A DNA stretch of 63,636 nucleotides, filler included, from Licmophora abbreviata (Eukaryota), in NCBI GenBank assembly GCA_900291995.1. It is 15 parts of 15 records of this genome, joined end to end, with 100 filler letters (N's around TTAATTAATTAA, not from the genome) between each part and the next. Parts side by side here need not be neighbours in the genome. Positions count along the whole stretch, not along the records: positions 45,373 to 49,343 come from OLMU01002595.1; positions 49,444 to 52,222 come from OLMU01002597.1; positions 52,323 to 53,788 come from OLMU01002598.1; positions 53,889 to 61,714 come from OLMU01002599.1; positions 61,815 to 63,636 come from OLMU01002603.1; 10 more parts are not named here. One strand, written 5' to 3'. Below are positions 49,033 to 62,080 of this stretch, piece after piece. Position 1 is the first letter of the stretch. Each line of letters opens with the position of its first letter. The notes beneath the pieces are model-generated. The model saw only the letters and a program-made list of their open reading frames with translations, had not been told where the DNA came from and did no database searches. Made by a program: the position numbers and the translations under genes.

Positions 49033-50523
49033 AGTGAAGTAAAGTTAGAGGCTCTGGGACATGACCTGTCGCACAATCGATAAAAGGATAAACAGCAATT
49101 GATAGGCTGGTCCTTGGTGTCGTAGCAAAGATCTCTCAGACGCTGAAAGGGCGAAATGTGGTTATCATTCATCATGGCGATGATCATCGATCTCCGCTGT
49201 GATAAGGTGCTGAGGGTGCCCGCGCTCCCATCGACTCACTCGACTCACTCATTCAGACTTTCGCTGGTACTCCGAGTAGGTCGCACCAGGCATCGTCAAA
49301 TGGGGCATACCAGGTACGTGTGTGCTCTAAGCTCCGCTCCTCTNNNNNNNNNNNNNNNNNNNNNNNNNNNNNNNNNNNNNNNNNNNNTTAATTAATTAAN
49401 NNNNNNNNNNNNNNNNNNNNNNNNNNNNNNNNNNNNNNNNNNNGGATATTCTTTTTTCGTCTCGTCCTTTAGGTTGTATCGTTCGTCCCGCGGAGGTCCC
49501 CTAGCAACCGTCTTACTCGTAGAGAGTTGAGTCTCGCGCGGAAGTGCGCTGTTCGGGGTGTTCGTAAAAGACGTCATAGTTACTCGTATTCTTCTAGAAG
49601 AGGTGGAGAGTGTATTTTCAATTTAGGTTTCGCGGTCGCGGGCAATCGTGCACCGGGCACCGGCAGTATGACAACATTCCTTGTACGCCCCAGCCGCATC
49701 CACAATTTTGCAGGTCTTCTATCGATAAACCAGGACGAGAAGCAGTGCTAGAGACTTTGTAGATCAGGTGAGACTACCGGGACGAGTAGACTACGAACGA
49801 CAAGCGAAGAGGAGAGGAATGACAGATCTCAAAGCTCTTTGGACGGTAGTCCAGTCCGTCGAGTTCTTTGATTGAGGCCCATTTGAGGTGTGATATTGCC
49901 ATCATGGAACAGCAACAGGGCCGTGAGACTTTGCGCTTCCATAATGAAGAGTGACATCTTGAAAAGGACTTATCTAATACTCGGAATATTCAGAACGCGC
50001 GTAACTGCCTGTTCGACCAAGTGAAACGCGGAGATTTGGAATCGGATATACCTGAATTCGCCACAGCTATCGCCACGACATGACCGACCGTCGGCTTCGA
50101 GACGATGCTATGGATGACGCCGAAATCTAAACAGAGGAAGACGTCATATCAGACGCTGTGATGCGATCAGCCTTTTCTCGAGAGCGACATGCAAATGATG
50201 GGTGAAGAGTTGACTAGGTAGAGCACGGCTCCGGACCAGTTGAAGAAGAAATAACCTTTCGTCATACAACTTCTCAAGGAGGTCGAACACCATTGATCAT
50301 CCCAAGCGTTTTCCTCTTTTCGAAGGTGATAGATTAGATGAGAGAATTACCAATTAGTGAACTCTTTAGTCCTCCTTATTTGTTGACCCTGGATACTGAT
50401 GAAGTTTTGATAGAACGTGACCGTGTCTGTCGTCCTGTAGGTACTTTATGTCTTGGACATGATCGCAAACGAAAGGACACCCTCTTGACAGGAACAAACC
50501 CCGAACTTACGTATCTAGCAGGT

Positions 50524-53500
50524 TTATTTCTCTACGACGGAAACAAGATTATGGAGTGTTCGTACCCCTCGCTTGAAGTCCGCATCCTTCTCCGACTTGC
50601 GAGTGCGTCCGCCCATAGATTGCCTACCAGCGCTCGACACTGACATCTTCCGCATGCAGAGCGAATATACTCCTTTGAGGCGTTTGACATTCTCGGTGGA
50701 CGCGAAATCCATCTGCGATCGAAGGAGGTGAGAGAGAAACTGTTGAGCAACGGACAAGGGCAGCAGATATCAACAGTGTCTGTATCAGGCACGTTGTTCG
50801 AGATTCTCCATACCTTCAGGCGACTACTGCTTGTGACGACCAAGCTCAACAAGGTGACGGATGAGTAGAAGACGTTCTCCTTGTCGCGAAACATTTGAAC
50901 AAGGTCCATAAAGAGCTCTGCGGAGTCAGTCGATGCGACCCGAGGGAGCAGGGATCTGTGTCTGACTACATTCCGAAAAGTCCAAAGAACATGACCCAGA
51001 AGTTCAATGTGTGGAAGGCTTCGGTTGCATGTGCGGATAAGCGAAAACAGAATTTCCGTGGCGTCACATTCCGTGAAGGCAACACAGCATCTCCATGACA
51101 GCCGAGTGCTCATCTCAAGCGTCTTGACGGAGGACATTATTTCTGAGAGGCTCGTGCTATCCTGGAGTACAAGTAGGGCCGCCGCTGTGCGCGCTCCCAG
51201 GCGCATAGAAGGATCCTTACGAGCCCGGATAGTGGCACGCTGGACTCGACGAGCCACGAGCACTGCCTTCTTCGGTCGGTGAACTCGAACATAGTGTCCA
51301 CGAATAGCACTCTGCAGGGTTATAGCGCCGATCCTCATGCTGCGTAGTACTGATCTTGTCAAGAATCCTCGTGCAGCAGCCTGCACGCAGGCAATGTGTC
51401 CGTGTATTCGTCGAAGCAACAAGAACCGACGGAGCGCAGCCTGAATCTTGGATGCCTGCGCGTCAATGAACATAACTTCGACAGTCATAAGCAGCTCCTG
51501 TCGACGCAGCTGGGCGACAAGTCGTTTCGCGGAGACAACACGGAGGACAGATTGCATTCGAATCGTAGCAATCATCGTAGCAGTAAAGTTTGTTTTGGCT
51601 CGGTATCCCCTCCAGATACGTTGGATTTCAGATGCTGCGAAGTGACGGAGGTCGAGATCAAGTCTGGCAACAAAGCCTCTCGAAGCACACTGAATGCGTA
51701 TTGCCGCAGATTTGAGAAGGCGAAAGTGGCCCGACGCGATCAGACATCGTACGCGAGCTTGAAGTTTAATAGCTGAAACAGTTTGATCTCGGCGCGTCAG
51801 CCACTGCCGTGTCACCGCCTGTATGGAGATCGCGGCGAACACAGAGCGTCGAAAGTGGGTTGAAGCCTGAAAACGACGAACGGAAGATTGGATCGCAATC
51901 ACCGACAGAATAAGAAGCATATAATCAACGTGAACATTGAAGCATCGCCATGTCTTCTGAATCCTCGCAGCTGCTCCATGACGTTTGACGAGCTCCCTTT
52001 CCTTCTGGACATCCACCTTGTGCCGCCAACATCTGGCTGTGCGTTGCAGAAGTACAACGGCGGCAACAGAACGTCCACAGCGAAGAATCGCGAGACGTCT
52101 ACGGATGATACTCTGAACAGTGATGATGTCAATTAGAAGCAGGTGGTAGCTCAGTTGCGTGAGAAATCCTCGAGTCATCCGTTGGATAGTAATACTTTTC
52201 TCTCTCCGATTTCGCTGCAGGGNNNNNNNNNNNNNNNNNNNNNNNNNNNNNNNNNNNNNNNNNNNNTTAATTAATTAANNNNNNNNNNNNNNNNNNNNNN
52301 NNNNNNNNNNNNNNNNNNNNNNACAAGACGATTGGCTTCGCGTTCCTGGCGCAAGCGAGACACACAGCGAACAGCTACTCGCACGCGAGCCTGGCATTGA
52401 AGACGCACAATAGAATCCTGACATCTTGCGAAACGTTGTACAGCAAGATGTCGTCGACCAAAGCTCTGGATGGTGATGAGATCTTGGACGACAAGGCGAT
52501 ACCTGACAAAAGCTGAAACTCCTCGCCATGCGGTCTGAATAGCTGTGGCACAGCGGTTCAGAAGAGTGACTCTCTTACGAGATACATAACCACGCATGTT
52601 GGCTTGCATTGATACTGCAGCGGTTCTCGCAGATTGGTAGGCCATCAAGCGATACCACGCCCGCCATCTAGTCTGAATCATTGTTGCGCTGTTGGCGAGA
52701 CGTCGAATCTTGCCAGCAAGCTTTCGATTTAGATGAACCCGGATCGATGCCTGGATAGCTGTTGCACATGCGTTGAGGGACATGATTTCAAGTCGAGCTC
52801 TTCGTTCGCGGTATAGCGACTGGATGGCTGTTGCAGCACCTTTCGATATCAACAACTTGCTTCGTGCGAGGAAGGCCCTCCATGACGTCTAGATGTGAAA
52901 GGCAAGATTAACTCAGTGAGCACAGACATGGGCGCGCTCAATGAAGTTCGAGCATTTAAGCAGTACATACCTGAATAACGACTGAAGCCTCACATAGATA
53001 CCTCGCCTGCATCGCTACTTGCAATACTACGACATACTCCCTGGAGCTACGGGCTCTGAAAGCCGATTGAATTAGGGTAGCTGCCTTCGCTTGCGTTATG
53101 TTCCGCTGTCGGAAGGAGAGCTGACGCCATCGGCTCTGAATGATGATGGCTGCGAGATTTCTGTGTTGCCGATGATATAGGAGCTTTCTCGCACGTGTCT
53201 TTCGGACTAGTGTCTGGAGAAGAGTTGCGGTAGGTTAGATTCGCAAGCTCGTTCGTCGAAGTAGATTTCGGTCTTTACGTACCTGTATCACAGTGGCTGC
53301 TGTCGATCGACTTCGATGCCATTTTTCCACAGCAGCTATCGTTGTCGCACGAGACTTGGCGAGAAAGAGGCGACAAGCGCGTTGAACGACACAGACAGCA
53401 CAGGCTCTTCGCTGAAGCTCTTTGTAGGCTAATGTCCGACGAACAACGCTCTGCACGGCAATTACGTCCATGAGATCGACTTGAAACTGGAGCTGAGTGC

Positions 53501-56500
53501 GGAAACCACGCCATACACGCTGGATTTCGGTCGCCGCCTTTGCCGCTACGATTTTGCTTTTCCGCTGAAGGTATCTTCGAGCGAACGTTTGAATCCGCGT
53601 CGACGCCAAACGCTGCACGAGGTATTCCATGCTCTTGTATCTTCGCCATACCTGCTGAATAAGCACTGCGGAGTGTCGATCGATCATCGATTGTTTCGTG
53701 CTTTGTTGGACGACGAAACTGCGCCACAACGACTGGATTCTGACCGCAGCACGAAAGCAGAGTAGAGCAGGTAGTGCTCGCCTTTGGGNNNNNNNNNNNN
53801 NNNNNNNNNNNNNNNNNNNNNNNNNNNNNNNNTTAATTAATTAANNNNNNNNNNNNNNNNNNNNNNNNNNNNNNNNNNNNNNNNNNNNTCGAGCAAGCCG
53901 TGAGATACGACGTAGTGAAGGGCGACACGCTTGTACTCACGACGCGGTCATACAAGGAACGTACCTGAAGGCGGACTGCAGCTCGGTTTCTGTCGTGCTG
54001 CATAAGTCTCTCTCTGCGCATTCTCTTAAGATTGTGCCGGAAGGTGATCAAGAATGCTTCAATGGTAAGGACTGAGCCGCGGAAGTTGCGGCGCTGTTCT
54101 TCGAAATAGCGAGTTCTGTTCATTCTCCAATGATTCCAGATAACACTTGCGGCACACAGTTTCCTTTCAGTTTCGAGCAGTCGCTTAAGCCGACGGAACC
54201 AGCTCTGAATCGCAATACTCGCAAGGATCTCTCGACTTGATTCCACCAGACGAGAACTCAAATAAGCAAGGCAGAGGAGCATCGATTTTTCTTCTGGCGT
54301 CGATTCTGTGTCCGCCACTGGAAGCATCCTTGGAATTCCACCAAGGTCACTCATCCTTGCATTCGCCAGCTCAAAGTTGCGTCGCTCTCTCGCGAGAGCC
54401 TGATTTCGTGCGTCATTCGATACGTCGACAGGAAGATGCATCGTAGTTGGATGGATAGCTTCCAGGGGGATCAGGCTCGGGTGATAGTAGTTTACAAGTA
54501 GACAGAGGACAGTACCGTCTGCGAAAGAAGTCGTCAGATTAGAAACGGAAGCGCCATAGCACGAACAGACGGCGTTAGTCCATCGAAGAAGGAGTGACTT
54601 GTATGTTTCATTGCTATCTCCGCCTGGCAGTGCGTTCTCAACAGTCGCCACATCAGAAGACACGGAGAGGCCCCTGGCCAGCTTCCACTTTTGCCGACGT
54701 CTGGCTCGTCGCACGGTTTCTATCTCTGTCTCGATTGACTCACGCCGTAGAATATGTCCAAGACCCCAGTGGGATAAGACAAGCCACATCAGCTTCAAAA
54801 CCATTTCTCGATGTCCGTCGACGAGGTGATGGGGTGCGACATCTTCGATTCCATCAACACCATGGCCCCGCAGAATTTCGAGTACAGTACCAACATTGTG
54901 AAGCTTCTGTAGGCGGGAGACAGCGGGAAGACGAAGCCGCGTCAAAATTACTTTCGCGCTCTGTTTCGTAAGAATCTCAGTCAACCTTGCCAAGCGAACT
55001 CCGTCGCGAAGGTCCGTCGCCAAATTTGAAATCGTAAAATCAACCTCATCCACAGGCTTCTGACTGTAGGTTGGTTTGAGACCGATGCGAGCAAGGTGTT
55101 TGATGATGTCGCCTTCCGACGACAAGAAATCGCGACAGAATGCCACTAGTACGTCTCTGGTCGACTTCACTTTGGAGCCCTTCACAAACAATCGCGGTTC
55201 CTTGTCGATGATATTGGCTTCTTTCGCTCGATCGAGGAAGAAGATAAGGGTTAGCAGCCGACGGAGCGCTAGACTTCTCGTCTCCGCACGGTACTTCTTC
55301 TCAAAATTGCCTGACGGAACTTTGCAGCGACCTTTCGTGTACTTCCTGAGAGTAGCTGGATCAGACAAGACACGGTTCACGATGAAGTGCTTGAGAGTCA
55401 ACTTCATGCGACTCAGTGGTGACTAAGCGAGAGAGATACAAGCGAGCAGGCATTAGTCGAGCACTTGACAGTCGGTATGGTCTCAGATCGTCCTTACGTA
55501 CCTTTTCCGCTTTTGCTCGCGCCGAACCAATAATGTTGAATTTCTGAGGGGAAAATTGATTCGGAGATTCAGGCAGAATGATCTCTCCAAAAACTGTTTC
55601 GAGGCCCAAGCGGAGCCATGGTGTCGAGTACGAGAGAAGGAGCGAAGTGATCTGACCTCTGAGCGTAAGATCGGCATACATGTCGCGGTCCTCTCGCAGC
55701 GCAAGACGCTTTCTCGACACCTCAGCGTGAATACTACGAACTGCACCTTTCATGGGCTTGCTGCCAAAGAGGTCAAGTGCCTTCGATCTAACTTGGGCCA
55801 TTCGTCGATGAAGGATTAAAGTGCGTAGAGCTGTTCGATCCATTGTCGCGCCGTCTAGACAGCTCGCTTCGTGATCTCGATCCTCCGTAGGTTGAAAAAG
55901 ATAGTTCAGCCAGGTGGCGAACGCTTCGCACTGCTGTCCTGCCCAGTCACCATCACTCGACACTTGAACTTGGGTGTGCCTACGCGCCGCAGCGCTCTCG
56001 GTACTGGGTCTGGAGATGGACATGGCAGTGGTTTCGAGCGACAAACGAGCAGGAGTCTTGCGATCAGCATCGGGCTCGTTCTGGACGGTCGCAGTAAACA
56101 TTGCGGAGAGGTCCATCTGCACTCCATTCCCACGTGTTCGATAAGGCGTCGACCCTATAAATTGTGGAGTTGCCGCTGAATTTTTGCGAGCCGTGGAATA
56201 GATGCGACGCAGGCGGACAAGAGATCGTGGTTTCGCGTTGGGGGCTGCGACGGCGCAACCGGCCGAGGAGTCGATCATACTCTCGTCCCTCAAAACCATG
56301 GCGACGTGATCCTCCTGTGGGAAATCAACGGGTACCGTCGGTGCGAGCACATTCAGCGGGGCTGGAGACTCTTCAAGAACCGGCTCGGTATCCAGCATAT
56401 CAGTTTCGACGGTCTGGTTTGTGGGTGAGATCAGTAGACTTTCTTCCGCGTCGTGAAAGTCGTTGAGCTCCGTGATGAGAAGTGACTTGGGTGTCCTGGG

Positions 56501-56857
56501 GGCCTTCGCGATTCCTGCACTTCGCTTTGCACGAGTGGACAAGCCGGTCGATGCAAGCAGAGGACGACCGCGAACGGGGAGAGTCTGCAAAGACTGTTGC
56601 TTGTCCTGCGATGCGTTGTCCTTGTCACGGACAGAAGGTGACATCATGGTGGCGCGCAGAGACCGGCGGAAGGAGCTGACGGACGTCTGTACATTCTCCT
56701 TTTCATCTGTTGACGCTGAGGACAGTCCTGGAGTCTGTTTCGATGGCTTTCGAGTGTCTTTACGATGAGATCTTTCATCACGATTGTAGGACGTCAGCGG
56801 CTCAAAGGCGACACGTCTCCCTTGCGGCCGAGCCTCTCGCCGACCAGCGTTCTTCAT
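50524..56857 (-). CDS. ASPM: Abnormal spindle-like microcephaly-associated protein (ASPM/Asp); spans two gaps
   Basis: FATWLNYL, LLSYSTPWLRLGLETVFGE, LIFFLDRAK, CH1 (NLATDLRDGVRLARL...SRLQKLHNV...VDGHRE), CH2 (NLTTSFADGTVLCLLVNYYHP), long IQ array, C-terminal LIRTCNRSLPH. Last intron 50813-50713. Start uncertain. Confidence 0.93.
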
Positions 56858-57420
56858 TCTCGCTCCCACAGAAGTTTACACTAGCAAACGAAGCAAAGTC
56901 AAGAGATGTCCAATACTCGTATGGACTGCAACTGGACGCAGAGTGATGCTGAGACGAGATTGAAGATCTGGATGACGACGACAAGAGGAGCTTGTCGTAT
57001 TCCAATTCAAATTCCTAACAGTAATTCATGCATGGATACGATATATAACAATTCTACAGGAAATCAGTACTGATATCTACGCATGCCTTTCATTCGAACG
57101 GGGGTTCGCGCGCCATCTTTTTCCTCGCGTACCTCGCGCCAATGACAGAAAAAGGCGGCACAGCGCTATATTACTGGTATGATACAGTGAGTACACGGTG
57201 CCGCACCATCATCATCAAGCTGTATCATAGTCCAATGCAACTTGAAACTGCGATCCCCAGAAGAAGTCTTGCATAGTGCGGGACCGTGAGACGAAGCAAG
57301 AGCTAAAGACGGAAGGGAGGCGATTGAGCCAGACTTGCTGGAACTGAACGGTCTCGCTATTCGAAACGACCGGTATCAGGCAGTCGGAGTCACTCTCATC
57401 GTCACTCATCGCTCTTCGGC

Positions 57421-59130
57421 ATGACGACCTCGAATGCACCGCTCTCTGATCCACCACGGACTGTTCTGAACGAGGGGGGTGAGGAAATTGCCAGTGATCT
57501 TTTCGAGAAAGCAGATGCTGCACTTTCCGTCAGCCCGGACGCTACACCGCAACCGATTGGCCTCCCCGCCCAATACTCCCTTGCAAGTAAAGACAGGCGG
57601 CACACGCCGACATCCTTTGCCTCTCCCGCATCCTTGGTTCAAGACGACGAGAGTGTTGGTATTTCGAGCATACTCGCTTTTCTGAGTCGACTCGAATCAC
57701 CTGATACGATAGCAACGAATCAGGATTTGTCCACTAGCCCGACGACCCAGTTTTCAGTTCCCGAAGTGTCCCCGATGTCTTCTGTCGGCAACCGCAGCGC
57801 CGTTGATTCGTCGACTGCTCAGCTCTCTCCTCTCCCTCTGGCAGACTACACGAATCGAGCTAATCCGAAACTTGCGGCGTGGAAACAGCTACTGCATGGC
57901 AGAACGGCAACAGAAGCCTCGTCGTCGCGGAAGCAGCCACTTCTGGCAACTACGCCACCGACGGCTCCCAAAGGCACTGCCCCCACTCCTGTTTCGACAG
58001 CGGCATCCAGAGTGAGCCATGAAGATTCACCGACTCCCCACGAGCCCTTGTCTGATCAGGACCAGCGCCATGACATGGACACGTCTTCCTGTGAAGAGTC
58101 GCCGCCACTTCGTACGACGCTGCCGCATCAGACACTTTCCACAACATGCGATTCGGCAATGCTTGAGGTGCTGATCGATGAGGATCCTCAAGGCGGCCAT
58201 ACCATAGAGAAACGCGTCAGAAATATTCTCTTGGAGGCGCACCGAGAACGCGAGTCTGTTCGATCCTGGGCGACTGCAATGCGAGAGTCAGTTGAAACCT
58301 GGGTGCGAGAGCAACGAGCTCTGGTGCAGTGCGAGAGGTTGTGCAACGCAGATCAGATGGAGGCACTGTTGAATACTACGCGCCACGTTGCGGCTCTCCA
58401 GGAGGCGCTGGAGATCGCGAACTCTGAGCGGGAAGCAGCCTCGGCAGATCATCGGACGGTCGAACTAAGACTACGAGACTTGGTGCGGAAGCAGGAGGCA
58501 GAGATCCGAACACTTCAAGAAAGGATGTCCTCCATGGAACAACACAAGACGGATTTGCATCAGCCTACCAAGAAGGAATCAGTACTTTCCGTTGCGTGCG
58601 ATGAACTTGAACCTCAGCGGGATGACAATCTGCCAAGAAAGTCTTCCTTTCGAACCCAACGAGAATTTAGGTCTGTGACGTCTCCTCCTTCGGATCAAGG
58701 AGATAGCGCACTTCCTCGTCAATACCGGTGTGTTCTTGAAGACGGCAGTACTGTGGTGGTCTTTCGGAACGGCGTGGAAAAGCTTCGTCGTACCGACGGC
58801 TCGACCATTGTGAAGTTCGTGAACGGGGACATGAAAGAAGTCTCACCGGATGGGGTAGTCTATTACTATCACGCAGCGCAAAAGGTGAGTTAAGGCGTTG
58901 CTCGTCTTTTCTACCCTGAAGAATTGCTGTCATTCCTCAGCGCGGGCCTTACCTTCGTCGTCGTTTTTGTGCTTCAGACAATCCATACGCGCGACAACAG
59001 TGGGCTCGACATCTACGAATACCCGACCAGACAAGTGGAAAAACACTATCCAAGTGGCCAGAAAGAGGTTGTCTTTCCTGATGGAACTGTCGAACGCATC
59101 TCTCCCACCGGGGAACGAGCAAGAGGATGA
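57421..59130 (+). CDS. CENPJ: CPAP/CENPJ/SAS-4-like protein (coiled coil plus C-terminal Tcp10/G-box domain)
   Basis: Coiled coil, then VVFRNGVEK...DGSTIVKFVNGDMK...DGVVYYYHAAQK|TIHT...GLDIYEYPTRQVEKHYPSGQKEVVFPDGT across intron 58885-58977. Confidence 0.85.
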
Positions 59131-59459
59131 GGGCTCAGCTTGACAGTTGCTTCGTCGGCAGACGCTGCAATGTCCCGTCATTTCTACTGCTACATAGTTC
59201 TACTAAAAGGATCAGCAAACGAGTGGGACTACAACTTAGAATACAGAGCGTCGGCTATGCTTTAAAGCTAGGGAGAGAGGTGACTAAAGTGAGCAGTGGT
59301 CCGTTATGTTGTCTGTCCGTCATATCGTGAGATGCTTGTCACATGTTCTAGCAATGTATAATGCCGAGCGGTCGTACAACACATTTCTACCATTGATCAT
59401 CGAGTCGTTATAATACGTAAATATACAAAAGTAGGATATTCTGAGGGCGCGCAATCGGC

Positions 59460-59481
59460 GAGTCAGTCAGTCAGTCAGTCA
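59460..59481 (+). repeat. (AGTC)n microsatellite upstream of a gene, possibly initiator-like
   Basis: GAGTCAGTCAGTCAGTCAGTCA about 150 bp upstream of ATG 59630. Confidence 0.6.
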
Positions 59482-59629
59482 TCACCTCTCGCTCATCACA
59501 GTTGCTGTAAGTTGCCTCATGATCTCATGATGGCTCTCGTCCTCGTCGTCTTCGCCAAAAGAATCGAATCATCAGGGTTCTGCTGTTCTGTCGTTGTCGA
59601 GACTTCCCATTTCCCCACATTAGAATTTA

Positions 59630-61714
59630 ATGATGGAGGATTCACCCCTCCGTGTAGATCTGTATTTTCCAGGAGACGTGATCAGAACAAAGTTTGGCGT
59701 CGGAGTTCTGACGGCATGTCCCAATGGCACCAATATCCACTACAGCGTGAGACTTTGGAGGATTCCGGGCAAGTCTATTGCGTCCTCGAGCATGGCATAC
59801 TTGCAGCAAGACTCGGTATGTCATCAAACTTAACTTTTTGCGCACAGAAATTCCACGTGCCTTGATTTGTTCTAACTCTTGAATGATCACGCGATGTAGA
59901 TCCTCGGTACGCTACCAGCAGCCCCGGGCCTTGTGACCGCTTTGAAGCGTGATCCGGGAAACAGATTAATGGTCTGTTGCTTCTATGATGCCCAATCTCT
60001 TTTTTTGGTGTCTCCTTTGAGCGGGAACGACAACTTGCAGCCCAAGACGGTATTGTCGCCAAAATCGGACGACGAGCCCGATACACATGCCTTGAACCAC
60101 GACACGTGCTTTGACGTAGCACCGGATGAGTTGGTGAATGCGACGAGTGCCAAGTTCTATCCGCTTTTGGACGATCTAATGAGCAGGGGGGATAATACTG
60201 CATCTGTGACTGCGCATTTCGTGAGGAGCGACCAGGTGGCAAGTCTGGTGAAGAAGTCGAAAACCTTGGTAGATGCGGCGGAATCGCCGAGCGCGATCGA
60301 TGCTCTTTCACCAGATGACGTTCTGTCGTCTGTCAAGACTGTGATACCAAGTGAACAAAATGTCAAAGACGTCTTTTCGATGCTCAAAGATGAGGAACTC
60401 ACTGTGCTACTGGAAAAGGGGAGAGACCGTTTGAAGCAACTCGTCGAGACAGACATGCCGGAGGCGACGGAGCTGGCCCTGCAGAAAGCGGGGATTTCCA
60501 TCATCTCTGACAATGACTCCTCTTCCTTCTCTTGTGCAGTCGCGAAATCGAGAGAAGCAGCCTTATTGGCTCTGGAAAAGCTGATGGATGAAGTTGACGT
60601 CGACTCAGCGGACCTGCAGTCGATTCGCGTGCATCTCGAGGGGCATTTCACAACTATGTTCGATTCCCTTTCGCAAGCTGCCAAGTCAGACCGAGACCTG
60701 AGTTTAATCTTCGATACAATATCAGGAAAGACATTTGCATGGCAAGAATCTACTGGAAGGCTCATGTCAACAAAGTCAGTTGGGCTCTTCCTCGAGGGTG
60801 CGAGTCGTTTTCAGGCGCGCGCTGCGCATATGTTTTCGAGGGAGCACATGAACTGGGCAGGAGAGATTGCAACGAAAGTTACCAAAGCGTTCACTGAGCG
60901 GGACGCTGCTGTCGCTCGACTGAAGTCGCTGGAGCTAGGCGATGCTGTACGGGCTCGTCTCGTGGACGCAATCGAAGTTCGAAGTGAAGCGCATGGCGGA
61001 CTGGATGGGATCATTGCAGGAGCCCTTACCGCTGTCACGAAGGCTGGCGACGCTTCGGGCGAGCAATTACAGAATCTTTTCAAGGGGCTGCAGCAAAGAG
61101 CAACACTGAGTTCCACTGAGGCGCACGAGACGCTGATTTCCGTCCTATCTCATCGAAGTCGGTATCGCGATGCCGCCCTCCTTCGAGTTGAACTTGTCTT
61201 GTGCAATTTGGAGTCGCAGCTCGGAAATGACGTATCTCCGAGTCAGATTGCAGCCCTGGCTCGTGGCGAGGGTGGTACTGCGAGTTTGTTTCAGCCCATT
61301 GCAGACCGTGCGGCGAAGGAAATTGAAAAGCAGCTGCATGCTGCGGAAATTGCTATTTCAGATCCCACAATCCTTGGTGCTTTGGCCAATGTTCGCAAGA
61401 TCATGTCCGGTGAACTTTCTATTGAGGGGCTCTTTGAAGAAGTCGTGAACTTACTGAACGACGATTCTGTGGTTGCTGCTGGTGAAACGTTTGTCAAACA
61501 CGGTGAAACTGTATTGGATGTGATCGAAGGCGTTTCCGGAAATAAGGTTGTGGGCGATGTAATTGAGATAGCTGAGAAAGCAGGCATTACGAAGGACTCT
61601 GTGATAAGTCAAATGGAAACACTTAACGTGAATGACATCTTGGTAAGCAAGTTGTTGCATATGTTGAAGGGCCGTATGAAGCGTGTATTCAAAGATTCTA
61701 TTGCTCTATCGACA
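59630..61714 (+). CDS. Uncharacterised protein, 3'-truncated by a gap
   Basis: Exon 1 (YFPGDVIRTKFGVGV...YSVRLWR) splices via 59816-59899 into a long, mainly helical open frame. Another donor lies at about 61643. Confidence 0.65.
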
Positions 61715-61814
61715 NNNNNNNNNNNNNNNNNNNNNNNNNNNNNNNNNNNNNNNNNNNNTTAATTAATTAANNNNNNNNNNNNNNNNNNNNNNNNNNNNNN
61801 NNNNNNNNNNNNNN

Positions 61815-62080
61815 AGCGTAAGTCGGTGTCTTCTATTCAGACAATGGGCCTGTTTGGTCTGGGCGCTCCGGAGATTGCTGTCGTCCTGGTGGCGGCTGCC
61901 TTTCTTCTCGGGCCTCAAAAGCTAGCCGAGCTGGGCAAGGACGCTGGAAAGATCGCCGGGGAGCTCAAGGAGGTACCGAAAGAGTTTCAGAAGGGATTGT
62001 CTGAAGGCGAAGAAGAAGCTAAGAAAGCGATTTCTGGAGAAGTGTCTGATGCCGAAGTGACGAAGGAAGACAAGGCATAG
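61815..62080 (+). CDS. Thylakoid Tat translocase TatA/B-family subunit (Tha4/Hcf106-like), presequence cut by the gap
   Basis: QTMGLFGLGAPEIAVVLVAAAFLLGPQKLAELGK...EFQKG. Confidence 0.85.

Noticed and set aside
3264..61814. Regularly recurring TTAATTAATTAA as a biological repeat or CRISPR-like array
   Set aside because: It is always embedded in exactly 44+44 N and is a six-frame-stop assembly linker.
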